From assembly GCA_964187785.1 (NCBI GenBank), contig OZ076409.1, forward strand, positions 5,582,001 through 5,646,000: DNA of 64,000 nucleotides, written 5' to 3'. Shown one piece after another: positions 13,635 through 27,539 of the stretch (positions are counted from its first letter, which is position 1; the number at the start of each line of letters is the position of its first letter). The notes beneath the pieces were generated by a model, which had not been told where the DNA came from, ran no database searches, and saw only the letters and a list, made by a program, of their open reading frames with translations. A program made the translations under genes and the position numbers. The DNA is from Amphiscolops sp. MND2022. Taxonomy: Eukaryota.

Positions 13635-13816
13635 CCGAGTAGTAAAACAATTCACTATTTTTTTCAAACTCACAGTTCTTTTATTTATCTATATATCTAT
13701 ATAAAATTTATAAAATATATAAAGATAAAATTTATAAAATTTTAAAAATAAAATTTTAAAATTTAAATAAAAGAACTGTGAGTTTAAAAAAAATAGTGAA
13801 TTGTTTTACTACTCGG
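13635..13816. mobile_element. MITE-like fold-back element flanked by (TA)n
   Basis: Near-perfect terminal inverted repeats of about 52 bp (CCGAGTAGTAAAACAATTCACTATTTTTT... / ...ATAGTGAATTGTTTTACTACTCGG), an AT-only core, and TA microsatellites on both sides (about 13615-13634 and 13817-13852). Confidence 0.7.
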
Positions 13817-13854
<38 letters not shown>

Positions 13855-15129
13855 AGTTAATGGGGCCAATTAATTGCCACTTATGCCAGGCTTTATAAGC
13901 GCCAATTATGTAGAGAGCAAATAGTGCTAAACGTGTCTCAGTTTCCAGAATTTTATTCAGTAGAGTAATTCGTACACCTACAATACGCAACACGTATATT
14001 CTGTTTCCGTATTTTATCTCTTGAAATCAGATGAAAATTGCTAAAAAAGATAATGTTGGGAAACAACTTTCTTTTAATCACGATTTGACCGACGATTGGA
14101 ACCAAAATATTTCCAATTCCACACTAACTAGTTCAATTAAATTTTCATTTTTTCAATTTCATTACAGGTAGAAATGTAGTATTTCGCTATTGTATATCAC
14201 TATAGTCTAATAATTACAGTTGAAAGTCTAAAGATTACAGCTCTTTGAACCTGGGACCAGTTTGTTTGAAAAGAACCTTGGTATAACATACCCTCTCGTT
14301 CGGAAGTAAAGTTTTGAATACGTTAAAATGATTTCACGTTATTCTCCACTTCATTTTCTGTCTAGGCTTGGTAATGAACATTCAAATAATCACTCTTTAC
14401 CTTGTCACTCAGGAGAAACAATCTTTTGGGACTAGACTTACCAGCTGTCCAGTCGATTCCTCAAACATTCTGAAAAACTGCCAAACCTAAAAAGTTACCG
14501 GTAATATTTGACATTTTTATATAAGTGTCTCTATTCCCACAAATGATTCTCTTAATTTTCAATTGTCTAACTGAAAATACATCATCCTCTAATACTTCTT
14601 GTCTCTACCGAACCTTTAAAATACGCTTCAGACTCGTTTTCTTATTTTATATCGTTTTCCTCTAGATCCCATATTTATTACTCCTCGTTCGGAACAATTC
14701 GAAAAACACTCTAAATCATAATTCGATAACAAACCCATTAACAACTCTGAACAACAAGTTCAAAACTTTCCTTTTTCAGACACTGAATTTTATAAAAACT
14801 CCTTTTTATATAACACCTTGCCATTCTCTACCCCGTTCTCTTCGCCATATACCTGATCCTAGTGATGTTAGCCCTTCACTCCTAAGTAATATTAACAAAC
14901 CCCCTGACCGTAGATCAATAACAGAACCAACCACCATTGAATCCCGATGTAGACACTCTCACTTCGACTCTTCAATGTTTTTCGACCCATTCACCTTTTC
15001 AAGATAATCAAAAACAACATTTTCTTGAAACTAAACAACTACTTTTTACAATTACCAAACTCAACATCTACCTTTATGGCTCTTTTGCCTGACTCAGTAG
15101 TTCTCAACTTGTTTCAATCGCAGCTCTCA

Positions 15130-15760
15130 AAGAAAAAACTTCTTTTGGGACAGACATGATAAAATAATCGAAAACGATAAATGTTCTCTCATTGTCAAAC
15201 AAATTCAAATCACATTGGATGAAAAAGAAAACCTTCATCATGGACACACTTTACATTGCCTCCATGAGGATGGTTTTTCTGAAACAAGTAGACTAACACC
15301 TTACACCATTGTATGGCTTCCCAAGATTTTCCTTCCCGAAGTCCTTTATTTTGAAATTCACTCGTTTTCAGGACGAATGTCTGAAATCAATACTCGAATT
15401 GGCTTGAAACCGAACACTACTGTATGCCACCCTACTCTTCACACCAAAATCCTTAGCATGACACCCAAACTCAAGATCGACTCTCAAGATTTGAAATTTT
15501 TCCCGAATGCAATTTATTTTGTATTAAACCCACACCTTTGGACGCAACTCAATACCCTGATCTTCTCGTAACCTATGATCAAGGTTTCAATATGCACATT
15601 GGTTAACGTAACTCCCTTCATTTACCTGAAGTTGAATAGTATGGCCACTTCTCACCTCAACTCATTAGTAAACCACTCATTCAAGACGATCAAAATGGAA
15701 TAAATTTAGCAGCCCTGAACTCATCTGATGCAACTAATTCCAAAACTCTTGAAACTCTTC
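15130..15760 (+). pseudogene. env-like glycoprotein remnant in element A
   Basis: HGHTLHCLHEDGFSETSRLTPYTIVWLP...SFSGRMSEIN aligns by eye to element C env HGHSLPCLYADGFCKPTILTPFTIAWFP...SFNGRMSKLN. Confidence 0.75.
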
Positions 15761-18700
15761 ACTCATTAAAAATTCCTTCTCAATCTAATACAACGTCCAA
15801 TGAATTTCGCAAAACTCATCCCCAGCTTAAAGCGAATCACTCCTTTTTATACACGAGTTCACCTCATATAATTTTGAAATCCCACAAAACTGTAATTATG
15901 ATGACTTTCAATTCAAATTTAAATTTCTCGAACTTACTCAACAAGACCTCAATACCAATTTGAATGTCTTAACTACTTATCCTTCTGTTAAAATAAACAC
16001 AACATATAATCTCTTCCTTGGAGAAAAATTTCGTATTCCAAAACCACGAATTGACTTCAACTCTCTACTATCGTACTCATTATTCTGTAAATCACCTCTA
16101 TAGAATTGGCAAAATCCGCAGTTATGATCCTGTCAAACAAAGTTACATTCAAATGCGTATCGTGAACCAACTCGTCTTCTTTTAGCTCCACAAGAATCAC
16201 CCAATCTCAACAATGGTTTTCTACTGCCTTCTCACATCCCTACCATTGTTAAACACGCCGTCCCAAACTCAATAATCTTGTTGATTCTACTCTTGATGAT
16301 CATGCACGCTCACTTTATGTTTCCCTTGAACATAAACACTAGTTGATTGCCCAACTGAATTTTATAGTTGCCAGACTTTCCTCATTTGTCATTAAACAAA
16401 AAAATAAATTCTTGCTACCACGAATTTTCTTGAAGATTATTTGAACACAAAGCATTGCCTAAACTTCATCCCCCTCACCCCACTTCGTCTGAACACTCTC
16501 AAAAATTCACTCCACAAGCAAACCATCTCATCCCAACTTCTAACCTGTCCGCCTATGTACTCCAAATTGACAAGCTTAACGTTTACATTAATACATCCTC
16601 GTACCACCTATAATTTCGTCACAGAAATCCTCACGCTACTTGATTTCGATGTTAAAACTGTCCCTGAGTTAAAACTATCCCTCCTTAATTCGCACTCATG
16701 TTTTTGAAACTTACAGTACACTTCGAAGCCTTCTTCAAATTCACAGTAAAGATAATCAAACAATCTCAACCCTTCATGTAAAGGACTCTGTAGAGAAATT
16801 TACCCATCTAAAAACTCATTCTTTTCCTAGCTTCTACTGAATCTACTCTATTGATTCTTTGCACACACAATACCACATCTAAAGCTCCTCTGAACAACTG
16901 TTACATACTCCCAAATTTCACAACTCTCTGCAAACACTTTACACTGTTTTATGGGTACGTTCTTACTGACTCTGTAATTTAGATGTTTTTTTTTATATCC
17001 TATAAGTGAAATCAATGGCATTTCACTACTTGGAAACTTGAACTCTATGTAGCATTTTACGAATTCCGCTTCATCAACGATCTTATTCAATCAAAACACT
17101 ATTTTTATTTTGACAAACTATTTTGCGAAAAAGTTCAACTCTCTATCAAGTTAGCAATACTTCACCAAAGGCTATTACCATCAATTCATTTATCTTTTCA
17201 CGTCAACGCACTTGACAGTTTTCGAAAATCCATGAAACATTCACCATTCCCGAAAGAAATTGTTTCTGGTTTTTCTTTCTGATCACAATTTCTTCGAATT
17301 TTTTTAATCACCTCACCAGAAGTTTAGCTCCAATGTGTATCTCAACATAGTTCTTTCTTCGTACTGCTTCTTTTAATTGCGGATATCTTTCATTTTCTTC
17401 ATTTTCAACTTCAATTCTTCACTACTTCTCTGCTCTGTGATCTTTCATCATGTGTTTCATCAACTCATCTTTTGAATACCTTTACACTCACACTACATAA
17501 ACGATTATCAACCAGTTATTGAATGCCCAATCCACTACTGATGCTGTCGCGATGACATCACCACCAGTTTTGCCACTGGTCTCCACAATGGTGAAATCCG
17601 TCTTCACGTCTGTTCTTTCTACTTCAGCACTCGTTTTCACTCCCAACATTTACTTTTTGGTGACTCCCATGGTCCAGATTCCACAGCTTCCTCAAAATTC
17701 CGTTGAAACAAACTCTGAGCTTCAAAAACTTACTGACGCCACACCCACAGCAGCGTGATATCAGTTGTTGCTGCCAGGTGAAACTGGTTCCATCACAAGA
17801 AAAATCATCCATTCCGTCGTCTATAAAAAAACTTAACAAATATAATGAAGCCCTTGAAACTTATGAACAATACTTAGACTCTTTATTAAATAAATATAAA
17901 TCTGACCTTATAAATTTTGCATCTAAGCAAATAGCTAACATAAGTTCAATTTCTTCTCCTTCAACTTTTAGCGTACATCACTAATATAATCCTTCACAAT
18001 TTGCATCACATAGCTACCCCCAACATCAAAAATATTTTTGATTACGATTCTTCAATCCTCTTATTCACAATATTAGTTTCCAAACCTCTTGTTGCTCATC
18101 AAGTTTCCTCCGACTCCCTGTCTTCAGTTCCTATGCCAATTCAAAGTCATGTTAAATCTGCAAACCCAAAATACAATGCCCTTAATTCAATGAACTCTTT
18201 TCATACAACTTTAAAAGATGTTGATTTATGGTAACCCATACTCTCTTCATGTTTTTACTCTGCTCATTTTGTATCTACTCACTTCCCGTGGATGAAAAAA
18301 CAAAGAAAAAACAAATTTTTCTTCGAAGCTACCACTATAACACATTCTTACACTTTGTAATCTCACCAACTGTTCTATCATATTGAACAAATTTTAAAGC
18401 TCCCTCTGGATGATTTTATATCAAATTTTTGTATGATTGTTCTAAATGCAATACAGCAATGTGACCCTCTTCTCTTTTCTTACAAAATCAACTTCAGTTT
18501 TTTTGAAGCATACTCCTCAAAAACTTCAATTCTAAAACATCTCATTTCAACTTGCAAGTCTTCTAATTAAATTTAACTCAAATCAAAATGTAAAATTCCA
18601 CTTTGTCAGTATATTGAAGATGTGAACGTTTTTGAAACACCCGCCATTTGTGAACTAATGTTCTAACTAATGTTGAGCAACAATGATTTCCCCTTAGGAA

Positions 18701-19420
18701 AACATGCTTAATCACGCCGCCACTTTCGCAGTGAAGCAACTTCGACCAATAACTGAATCTGAATTTATTTTCGCTTCGAAAGACCATGGCTTAGTTGTCA
18801 GGAAAACTAAGATTCGTTTGCCATTTCCTGCTCATGCTTCATGTTTGTAAAAGGGCTGCATCAAATAAACACACAGGGTACATTATCTTGATTGTTTTAA
18901 ACTTAAACGTCTGTCAATCATACGACACTTCACAGAAACAAACCTCTAAAGATGCACTCTGATATTGCTCTACAGATGCAAATGCAAATATGTGAAAGTT
19001 TGATGCACATGCGGTCCAAAATTTTATGCAAAAACCTTTCATAAAATTGAACAGTTTTGAAGCCTTACACCCACTTTAAATTGTCTCTAACCTGAAACTT
19101 TGTTAACTTCATCTCCACCTTTTGAAAATTTTCTCTAACATGATTCTGTTAGTGCGTGAACTCTACGTAAGGAAAGAAAGAAAAACTCAAAACCAAAAGA
19201 TATCATGAACAACTATAACTTCATGAACAACTATAATCACTAATTTAAACAACCACATCTGCTCAAACTTTGAAAGAGACTGTACCTCCTCAAACTGTTC
19301 TCCAAATCATTACTCGATTTTTTCGATCTCTTCATTTACCATATAAAATTCCTGTAGAAAAAAGTCAACCACATATGATGCTATCACATAATTTTTTCTT
19401 CATTTTGAAACCCGGTCGGA

Positions 19421-19650
19421 TGATATACTCATCTTTCATATTCGCTATCCCCATCACCCATTTATTTGTCTGGACACCAGTGTACTCGTGATCCCTCTCA
19501 GAACGGACAGTATATTCTTCACGTACATTTGTCTTTGACTAAGACTCAGCATTTCAACTCTGTTAGTGTCTCTCTTAAGGTACTTCAACTACGCCCTCCA
19601 TCTCAGTGTAAAATAAATTAACTTTCCTAAGTGAAAAATAAAGTAATTTA
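19421..19650 (+). repeat. 3' LTR of element A
   Basis: Starts TGATATACTC after AAACCCGGTCGGA, is homologous to 5889-6125 and is followed by TSD CTTA. Confidence 0.75.
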
Positions 19651-20203
19651 CTTAGTAATGTTAAACGTCTGGATTTTAAGCTTCAAGCAAAAAAACTTAC
19701 TTAAAAACCGTTCATCGATCTTTTGTTCACTCAACTTGCAACTACCAACGTCGTTTGAAATTGAACCTTAACATTCACCTAATTCAAAGGCAACCTAAAA
19801 AGTGCCGAATACAAGTCAATTGCGCTTTTGGTATGATAAAAATACGGATAGAGCATATTACGACAGCTTTAACAAGACGAACCACGGAAATAGAAACACA
19901 AATTACGTTAAAAGTGAAAGTGAAAGGCGGAGTTCTCATAACGGAAGAGGCATATTCAAGCATTGAAAATTGCACTGACATCCAACGTGTTTCCAATTTG
20001 TTCCCAAACCAACAGATCTGTTCCGGACGGACAAGAAGCCTTATCGTTTTGGACAAAAACACAAATCATTTAAAATATTGGAAAATAGGACGACTGCTAT
20101 GAGCAATATCGAATAAATGAAGCGCGACGACTAGTTTTGTTTGACGGATTATGAAATGCCATAGACCGTACTGCAAACACGGCCAAAAGACAATAAAGCA
20201 AAC

Positions 20204-20683
20204 TGTGATGCCATGATACATGACATCAAAACTTCCATTCCACAGATTTTGAAAGTTCTTCTATAGAAATTGACAGCTGAAATCTTTTTCAAAGAAGTTG
20301 CTTCAATCTATTATCTATTTAGTGAATGCTTTTACTATCCAGATATGGTAATCCGCTCATGTAAAATATATTTAGTGAATGCTTTTCTTATTCAGTTATT
20401 GTTACCCACTAATGTAAAATCTATTCTGTGATGCTAGTCTAGTTTCTAGATGATGACTGTTATAATATTGACTTGGGTCCTGAAAAGTTTATACTCGGAG
20501 TTAACTAAAATATCTCTCGAAAGATTGGTTTTCTCTCAGTTCAGTACTCGTGAAAGAAAGAATAAAAGTTAGACAAGGAGTTTAGCTAAGTATAAAACAG
20601 ACATTTTACCTGAAGTTAGACAGCGGTTATTCCCTGGGACTAAAATAACTTCTTATGAAAAACCACCAAGTCTTAGCAGTTCA
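20204..20683 (+). repeat. 5' LTR of element B, with about 2.5 internal copies of a roughly 56-bp unit
   Basis: Direct repeat of 24387-24817, which lacks about 90 bp near its 3' end. Recurring AATCTATTTAGTGAATGCT unit. Confidence 0.9.
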
Positions 20684-20854
20684 ATTGGTGCGACCACGAG
20701 AATTTTCTACCTGCCTTTCTTTTCACAACTCTCCTCTTCTTGTACACGTTTCTTCAACTTCTTTATTCGAAACTTTTTAACAGACATACTGTATCGCCTC
20801 CTCTTGGAGTAATATATACTTTCTAACCTTTGGTTTCAACCAATTTTTACAGAA

Positions 20855-21105
20855 AAATGATTCATGTTCGTATGGTTCTGACTGCGTACCTAACGTAATT
20901 CCTGTCAGTTATTTTTTGCACCGTTCCAACCACGTAAACAGTGATTCGTGTAGGTCAATTCCGTCTGCGTTCCCACCACTTCACAATGATTCGTGTTGAT
21001 CACTTTCTTCTCCGTTCCAATCCAAACGCAAAAAAAAGACTCGTGTTGGGTTTCTCTTTTAACGTTCCAACCTCAGACGTGCGATACGTGTTGATTCTTT
21101 TGAAA
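20855..21105 (+). repeat. Array of 5-6 units of 45-50 nt in the leader of element B
   Basis: Recurring CGTTCCAAYC...TGATTCGTGTTG at about 20922, 20968, 21013 and 21063, plus degenerate upstream copies. Confidence 0.75.
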
Positions 21106-21699
21106 GTGCTATCCGACGATTCCTTCTAGTAGACTCGGTTCTAGCCGTTTGGATCAACTCTTTGAGTTGGCACAAAGATAACACTACCCTTTTGTTTTAT
21201 TCAACTTTATTTTGATACATCATCAAACAATTTTCAAACATTATATCACTCCTTTCTACCTAACAAAAACAACACTTTTTTACAATTCCATGGATATGAC
21301 AGATTTGGATTCCACTTTTTTACAATTCCATATATGACAGATATGGATAGATCTATAACAGATATCAAATAAGAGATGTATCACCTAATTTTAAATAAAT
21401 AACACCTTCTAATGCCTGCTGCTGACGATTTTGTACGTTTTATTGTATTCATTTGGTTTTCTCTTGGTTTCATTGCTACCGTTGCTCTTGTCATTGTCTT
21501 CGATCACTTTTCAACCCCTTTTCTTCCAGACTTCTAAAACTTAAGATCTCTTATGAACATCAACATACTATTGCTTTTTCCTGGACTGTTTGGTGTATAC
21601 CATACATCTCGTTCTTTATAACATATATAACCTATACATCCTTTTATTACAAAACCTCATCTTCCAGTACACAAATCCATCACCTTTTGAAACCCTCGA

Positions 21700-22440
21700 A
21701 TCTATCTTGTCACTGATCGCGGAACAGAAAACATTAGTACTGAAATGACACATCTTTGTACTTTCACGGGTATTGAGCAATCTCCTAGAACACCTTACTC
21801 TCGTTGTACTTATGGACTCGTTGAAGTACCAAATAATATTCTTGGTACACATATTCATATGTTTTTAAAAACACACCCAAGGATTGGGAACACCAAGTTC
21901 ATTTGTACGCTTTTACACATAATTCACAACCCCTTTCAACACTAAATGTTTCACCTTGTGGATTAATTTTTTTTACACGACTTCGAAGCCCTCTATCATT
22001 CGATATAAATCTTAATTGTACTGAAATTTATACTTGTATATCACAATATTGGTCTCAACTTCCAGAACACTCTCATTATGACAAAACTGATTTTGACTCA
22101 TTCTTTTACGAAACACTGTCAAAACCTCTACCACAATGGTCCCTTGCCGTTGAAACTGCTATGCTACAAATCTTTTCCATAGTACATGATTATACTCTAA
22201 AAAGTTAAATTCCAAGCAAATATTAAAAAGACTTATCACGAAGGTAAACCCCTTCCACTCGGTACTATTGTTTTGAAACGTAATTTCACTGGTGTTCATT
22301 TTTCAGACAAACTCAAACTCAAACCTCTTCGTGTTGGTCCTTATAAAAGACTTGACCGGTTCTCAGACGTAACCTGTGATCTTTTATCACAAGATGGTAC
22401 TACATTTCACATCTATCGAAATCAATAAAAACCTTACTAT
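21700..22440 (+). pseudogene. Integrase core and GPY/F remnant in element B
   Basis: LVTDRGTE, RTPYS...GLVE..N..LG, and a C-terminal GPYK motif, all broken by frameshifts. Confidence 0.75.
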
Positions 22441-24386
22441 TCAAAAGAACCACTCCTATAACTTCATCTCCGAAACTTTATGCGTTTCTCAGACTCCATT
22501 AATGTAGACATCCCAAAACCCATTAAATTTGCTAATAGCGACTCTTCTCCATTTAATACTGACACTTCATCAACGGAAGATGGATCTTCTAAAACCACTT
22601 ATCCAGTTAATCCTGATACTTCTTTAAATGACAGTTTGTCCTTTAAGACAATTATAAAAACTCATGACACTAATCCTTCTTATACTTGTACTCGTCACCC
22701 AGCTGACAACCATCTCATTTTCTCATCATACGTATTCATCATTTCTTCCAATGATATATATTTTAAATCTCATGATCAATTGAGACAACAACCACGAAAG
22801 TGTTATCAACTTTTCTTTTCACCATCTGAAAATTTGGAACAATGACCATTCATAAATTTTTCAGCTAAGAAAACGGTAACAACTATAAAAAATCAACAGA
22901 TAGTAACCAAAAAACAAATTCTTAGAAGCTTCAGAAATTTAGAACAATCAAAACGTAGCGTAGAATAGAAATAGAAAAAACAAAAACTAACAAGACTTCA
23001 AAAACTTGAAGGTTTCTTCAGACATTTCTCTATCTGCTCCAAGATTATCTAGTTCACTTTCTCAAACAGTAATAACCACTCAACCAAGCTATAAAACTAC
23101 ATCACATATGAAACCAAATTCTAACATTTTTGACAACTCTCCAACTAAAAGTTACAGAACATCTTCTTCCTCTCCTCCAAAAAAGTACCATTCGAGCAAT
23201 ATTATCGTCTACATCTCACAGGTCCAAAAAGTGCCATATGCGAAACGACGTCTTCTAATGTTTTCGTCATAGATAACACCTCCTTTGAACAAGGCAACTT
23301 CTATCTCCTTCATGCTCTCCATGAAGCCCTCGACGCATTCACCAATGTTTTGCAAGATTTTGGCTTCTCAGCAAAAACCATTCATAAACACCCATTCTAC
23401 TACAAACCGTAGACTGGTCGCCACTTTCCGTGCCGACTCCAACTTCTTCGTCACTTCGCAGACTTCACTTCATCTTCGCCACTTTGCAGATTTCTTCGTC
23501 ACTTCGCAGACTTCATCTTCGCAGCTTTGCAGACTTCTTCGTCCTTTTGCAGACTATGTTTTATCTTCTTTGTTGCCACTTTGTTGACTTGTTCCTGTTC
23601 TTTGCACTGTCTTCTTCAGCACAAATGTGGTTTCCAACTGTATGAACTATGTTTCCAACCTGTATTTCAAACTTTAAAAATCATCTGAACTCTTATATTC
23701 TTAAATACTCGTATAACCCAATATTGAATCATCTATAATCGTTTGTTATAACCATAATGTTTCATAGTGTACTGTTCGTATATACTTTTTATGATGCTAG
23801 ATTGTGCTATTACTCTATATTACAAATACATTATTGTCTATCTTTTTTACAGTACAAGTTTAATGCTTCTAGAACAATATGGTACACTTTCAAATCTCCA
23901 AGATTGAAACATTTTTCAACGTCTTTTGAATTCGTTTTCTTAGAGCTAAATGACTTCTTTCACTTTCGTTCACTGCTTGCCAATGTTGGTTCGTAACTCC
24001 TTGACAACTCCAATTACGCACACAAACTTTTCAGCCTTCAAAACGTTTGTTCATATCACACAACACTTGCTGATAAACGTTTTTCTTTTAGGGCCGATGA
24101 ATGAAAACTTAATCGAATGTGAATCTAAATGCACAATACATGTGAACAAGATGTCAAATAACAATAACTAGAACCGAACTGTCCGTAAAAAATTACTTTG
24201 ACTTTAGCTGCACCGAAAGGAAACTAAAACCTCACCATAAGGCTCTCACTCCTTAACAATAGAACACTTCTTCAAAATATAGAACATAATCTATAACACT
24301 TGAAAACAACAAGATATAAAACATTCCAGAAGACAAAACCACTTCTTGCGTGTAATGTTTTAAAAATTTTTCAAAATCCGGTTGAT

Positions 24387-24817
24387 TGTGATGCCATGAT
24401 ACATGACCTCAAAAATTTCATTCGTAGAATTTGAATTTGAAAAGTTCTTTTATAGAATTGGACAGCTTGACATATGGCATCTTGTCCAAAGAAGTTGCTT
24501 CAATCTATAATCTATTCAGTGAATGCTCTTACTATCCAGATATTGTAATCCGCTAATCTATAATCTATTTAGTCAATGCTCTTATTATTCAGATTTTGTT
24601 ACCCACTTATCTATAATCTACCTAGTGATGCTAGTCTAGTTTCTAGATAATGACAGTTTTTGATGACAGTTATATTATTGACATTTGTATTGATGAGTAT
24701 ATACTCAGAGTTAACTAATATCTCTTAAAAACGATAGGTTTTCTACTGTTCAGTTCTCGAGTTCAGTACTCGAGAAAAAAATAAAAGGTAGACAATAAAC
24801 TTAGTCTTAGCAGTACA
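24387..24817 (+). repeat. 3' LTR of element B
   Basis: Preceded by AAATCCGGTTGAT and followed by TSD AAAC. Confidence 0.9.
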
Positions 24818-24867
24818 AAACAACACAAAAAGAAACCCAAAATAATATGTTCAATTTTGATTCATAG

Positions 24868-27026
24868 TTAAAGTTGCAGCATATATAAAAAATACATCTC
24901 GATCCTGTGATCTGTAGGGAGAAACGTTCAAATTGACTTACTATGATAACAAAGGTCATTTTGATCCTAAAATGTTTGATGTATAGAATCCAACAGCATG
25001 TGATTTAGGATCAGTAAGTTTTTTCTTGCATGATCTTACCTGTTTTTGCAGTTAATCGCTTCAGTTCAGCTGACAGCTCATCCAACTTAGCCAAGTCTGC
25101 GGCCAGTTTCTCCGAGTCTCTTTTGATATATTCGACGTAGTGCTCAAACTCTGCTATGTCTTCATCGTCTGAAGAAAGTTTCCATGGTTACTGAACTTCC
25201 ACGGAACATCCCAGATTTTTAAACAAGGAAAATAATTGAGCTCACCGTGATCAAAATCTTTCCGTTGTAATTTTTCGTCAATTCGCAGCTGCTTCTGTTG
25301 AAGAGAAAGACATATGTCAGCAATCTTGTTATACCGTTCCTGCTTCCCAAGAAGGAAATCTACACCTTCGCCAAAAGCTTCGGCTGCTTCCAAGCACAAC
25401 TTTCGCAAATCCTAGAAGAAAACGAATTGCTCGGAAGGCCGTCATACTTGTAAATAAACAAAAAATTAAGTGAAAAGTTTTATCTTACGTCACCTTTCGA
25501 AGCTTTTACCGAAAAAATTATTCCATTTTGAACTACACTCACTTCGTTGACGGTTCTTCAGCGGTTCTTAGCAACAACAATGACAATTGTGCTGATTTCT
25601 GATGAGTATTGCGGCTTTTTGGTTTGAAGAACATACATAAGAAGTTCAAACAAAGTTTTTAAAACGGAAATTATTTGTCATAAACTGAAAACTTTTTATT
25701 GTTCTGCTATGACTTCCAGGTTTCACATATCTGGTCATTGGACGACTTCAATGTTTTTTCTATGATCTTTGTATAACTTACATGCTCTTCTGTTAAGAGG
25801 GCATCTATAACAATGATTTCCGACACGAAAACACAAGCCCAAAATTTCAGATGCTACAAAATCCGTTCAACTAGTTTTGACTTCGAGGCGCCTTCTTACG
25901 TCCGAGTAGTCATGAATTAATAAACCTCGGACTGTTAGTGTTTGAGATAATGCTGTCATATTTTTTAAGAAGTTGATGCATTGGATGAAAAGTAATCAAA
26001 ACATTCATCAGCATCAGCGTTACTTAACTACAATGAACTAAGTTTTTTTCCAGTCGCCGATTTCATGTGTTTTAATCCATGTGAGTACCATAGTATGGAA
26101 AGTTTGTTTACCATAAATTTGCCACTTTTTCGTCACTGTATTAGTTATATGATTTCAGTCAATATGTTTTATGATTGGTCTACATACTTTTTGTATGCAG
26201 GTCAAATGCAGGTCAATCGGTGCTTTTGAAATTTCAAAACACTCTCTTTTAGCCTCCTTAATTGATCATGGTATGTTGATCTCTTCACGTGGGCCAATTC
26301 ATCGCATATCTTTCACAATTAGACAAAAAAAGTATTTTTCGTTTCAAGTCTCTCTAGTCTCGATCAAAATTTTTGATCGTTATAGTTTTGATAACAATGA
26401 ATGAAAAAATGAAAGAATGGTTTTCAAGTTGTTTTTATGTATTCCAACAACTAAAAACAAGCCTCGCTCAATTCCAGACATTTGATAAAGGCAACATGCA
26501 TTTCGGGAACATGCATCATTTCAACCAATAGTCCGAACCTGACAATTCGAGCCATCGTTTTTGGCTTTTCACGGTCCAACATTCATTTGAATTCATTTTA
26601 AAATTGCTTAGAAGTTGACCCATATGCAAAATAGATCTTAAATTTTGTCGTATGAGGCAATCACCACAAGATTGCTGTGGAACACCGTAACAAGATAGTT
26701 GAATTGAGAGCATGTATGATGCTATATCCGAACTGATTTTGAAGCAGTCCCGATTTCAACTGAAACTCAATTCAAAGGCAACCTGAACTCACCTCTAATT
26801 GTCGGCGTTCCCACTTCGGTGAAAGTTTGTTGCACTTAGCAATTTCAATGAGATCGATGTTGTGTTTCAAGTGGCCCTCCTTCCAGCATAGGTCGCATAT
26901 TTCTTCCTTGTCCTCATTACAGTAAAACTTGATTTCAACTTTATGTCTCTCACAAACACGCATGTTCTCGATGCCTTCTAGCAAATCTCTGAATCCGTAG
27001 GGAGTCAGAGCATCTGATGCCTCCAT
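24868..27026 (-). CDS. Spliced host gene or pseudogene: B-box type 2 zinc finger plus coiled coil (TRIM-like). Candidate exons 27026-26793, 25411-25246, 25168-25040, 24911-24868
   Basis: CERHKVEIKFYCNEDKEEICDLCWKEGHLKH is a canonical B-box2. GT-AG sites with compatible phases join it to helical exons (DLRKLCLEAAEAF...; DEDIAEFEHYVEYIKRDSEKLAADLAKLDELSAELKRL). Additional or upstream exons cannot be resolved. Confidence 0.65.
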
Positions 27027-27539
27027 CTTGGAAACAAGAGAAACGAAACATCATTTGTTGTCAAGAGCTCAACTACCAAATCAGTGTGCAAGAATTTTTC
27101 ATGGACTTTTAAAATGCTTTCTCTGCCTATCATGTAGAGTTTGTAGCTCTTTCTGTTATTCGTGTTTCAACCTATGAAAACGTGAAGAAGTTAATCATAG
27201 ATTTTGGCGTGTCTCAATTATTGCTGTCATCAGCTACTAAGTGACAGGTTGATTGGTAGAAGCAATTTTAAAAAATAAGTTGAAAAAAAAGAAGAGAAAT
27301 GTGGGAATTCATGAGGTGATTTTGAAGGCTAGATTTGACTTTTGGAACCATGGGCGTTCTTGGTGTAGGTAATATGATCACGGCGTCCATGACATTTAGG
27401 CAGGATGAACAAGAGATATGATTATTAATTACGCACTTCTATAATTTGCGAAAACAAAACAGCAGACAAAGCAATGACACTACGATACATCTCATGTAAG
27501 TTTTAAAAGTCTGTCCTTTAAGAAACACAGTAAACCTTT

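Larger units (their letters stand above)
5889..19650 (+). mobile_element. Element A: old, internally deleted Gypsy-type LTR element related to element C
   Basis: Diverged direct repeats at 5889-6125 and 19421-19650, a 4-bp TSD CTTA (5885-5888 and 19651-19654), a TGG PBS-like site at 6133 and CCCGGTCGGA before the 3' LTR. Internal remnants are homologous to the env and post-env ORFs of element C. No RT was recognised. Confidence 0.8.
20204..24817 (+). mobile_element. Element B: internally deleted, non-autonomous LTR element, 4.6 kb
   Basis: LTRs at 20204-20683 and 24387-24817 (TGTGATGCCATGATACATGAC...GTCTTAGCAGTWCA), 4-bp TSD AAAC, PBS TGGTGCGACC at 20686, integrase remnant. Confidence 0.9.

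Noticed and set aside
19755..20102. Possible DNA transposase fragment (CAFGMIK)
   Set aside because: Only one short motif resembles a DDE transposase, and no TIRs or other catalytic motifs were found.
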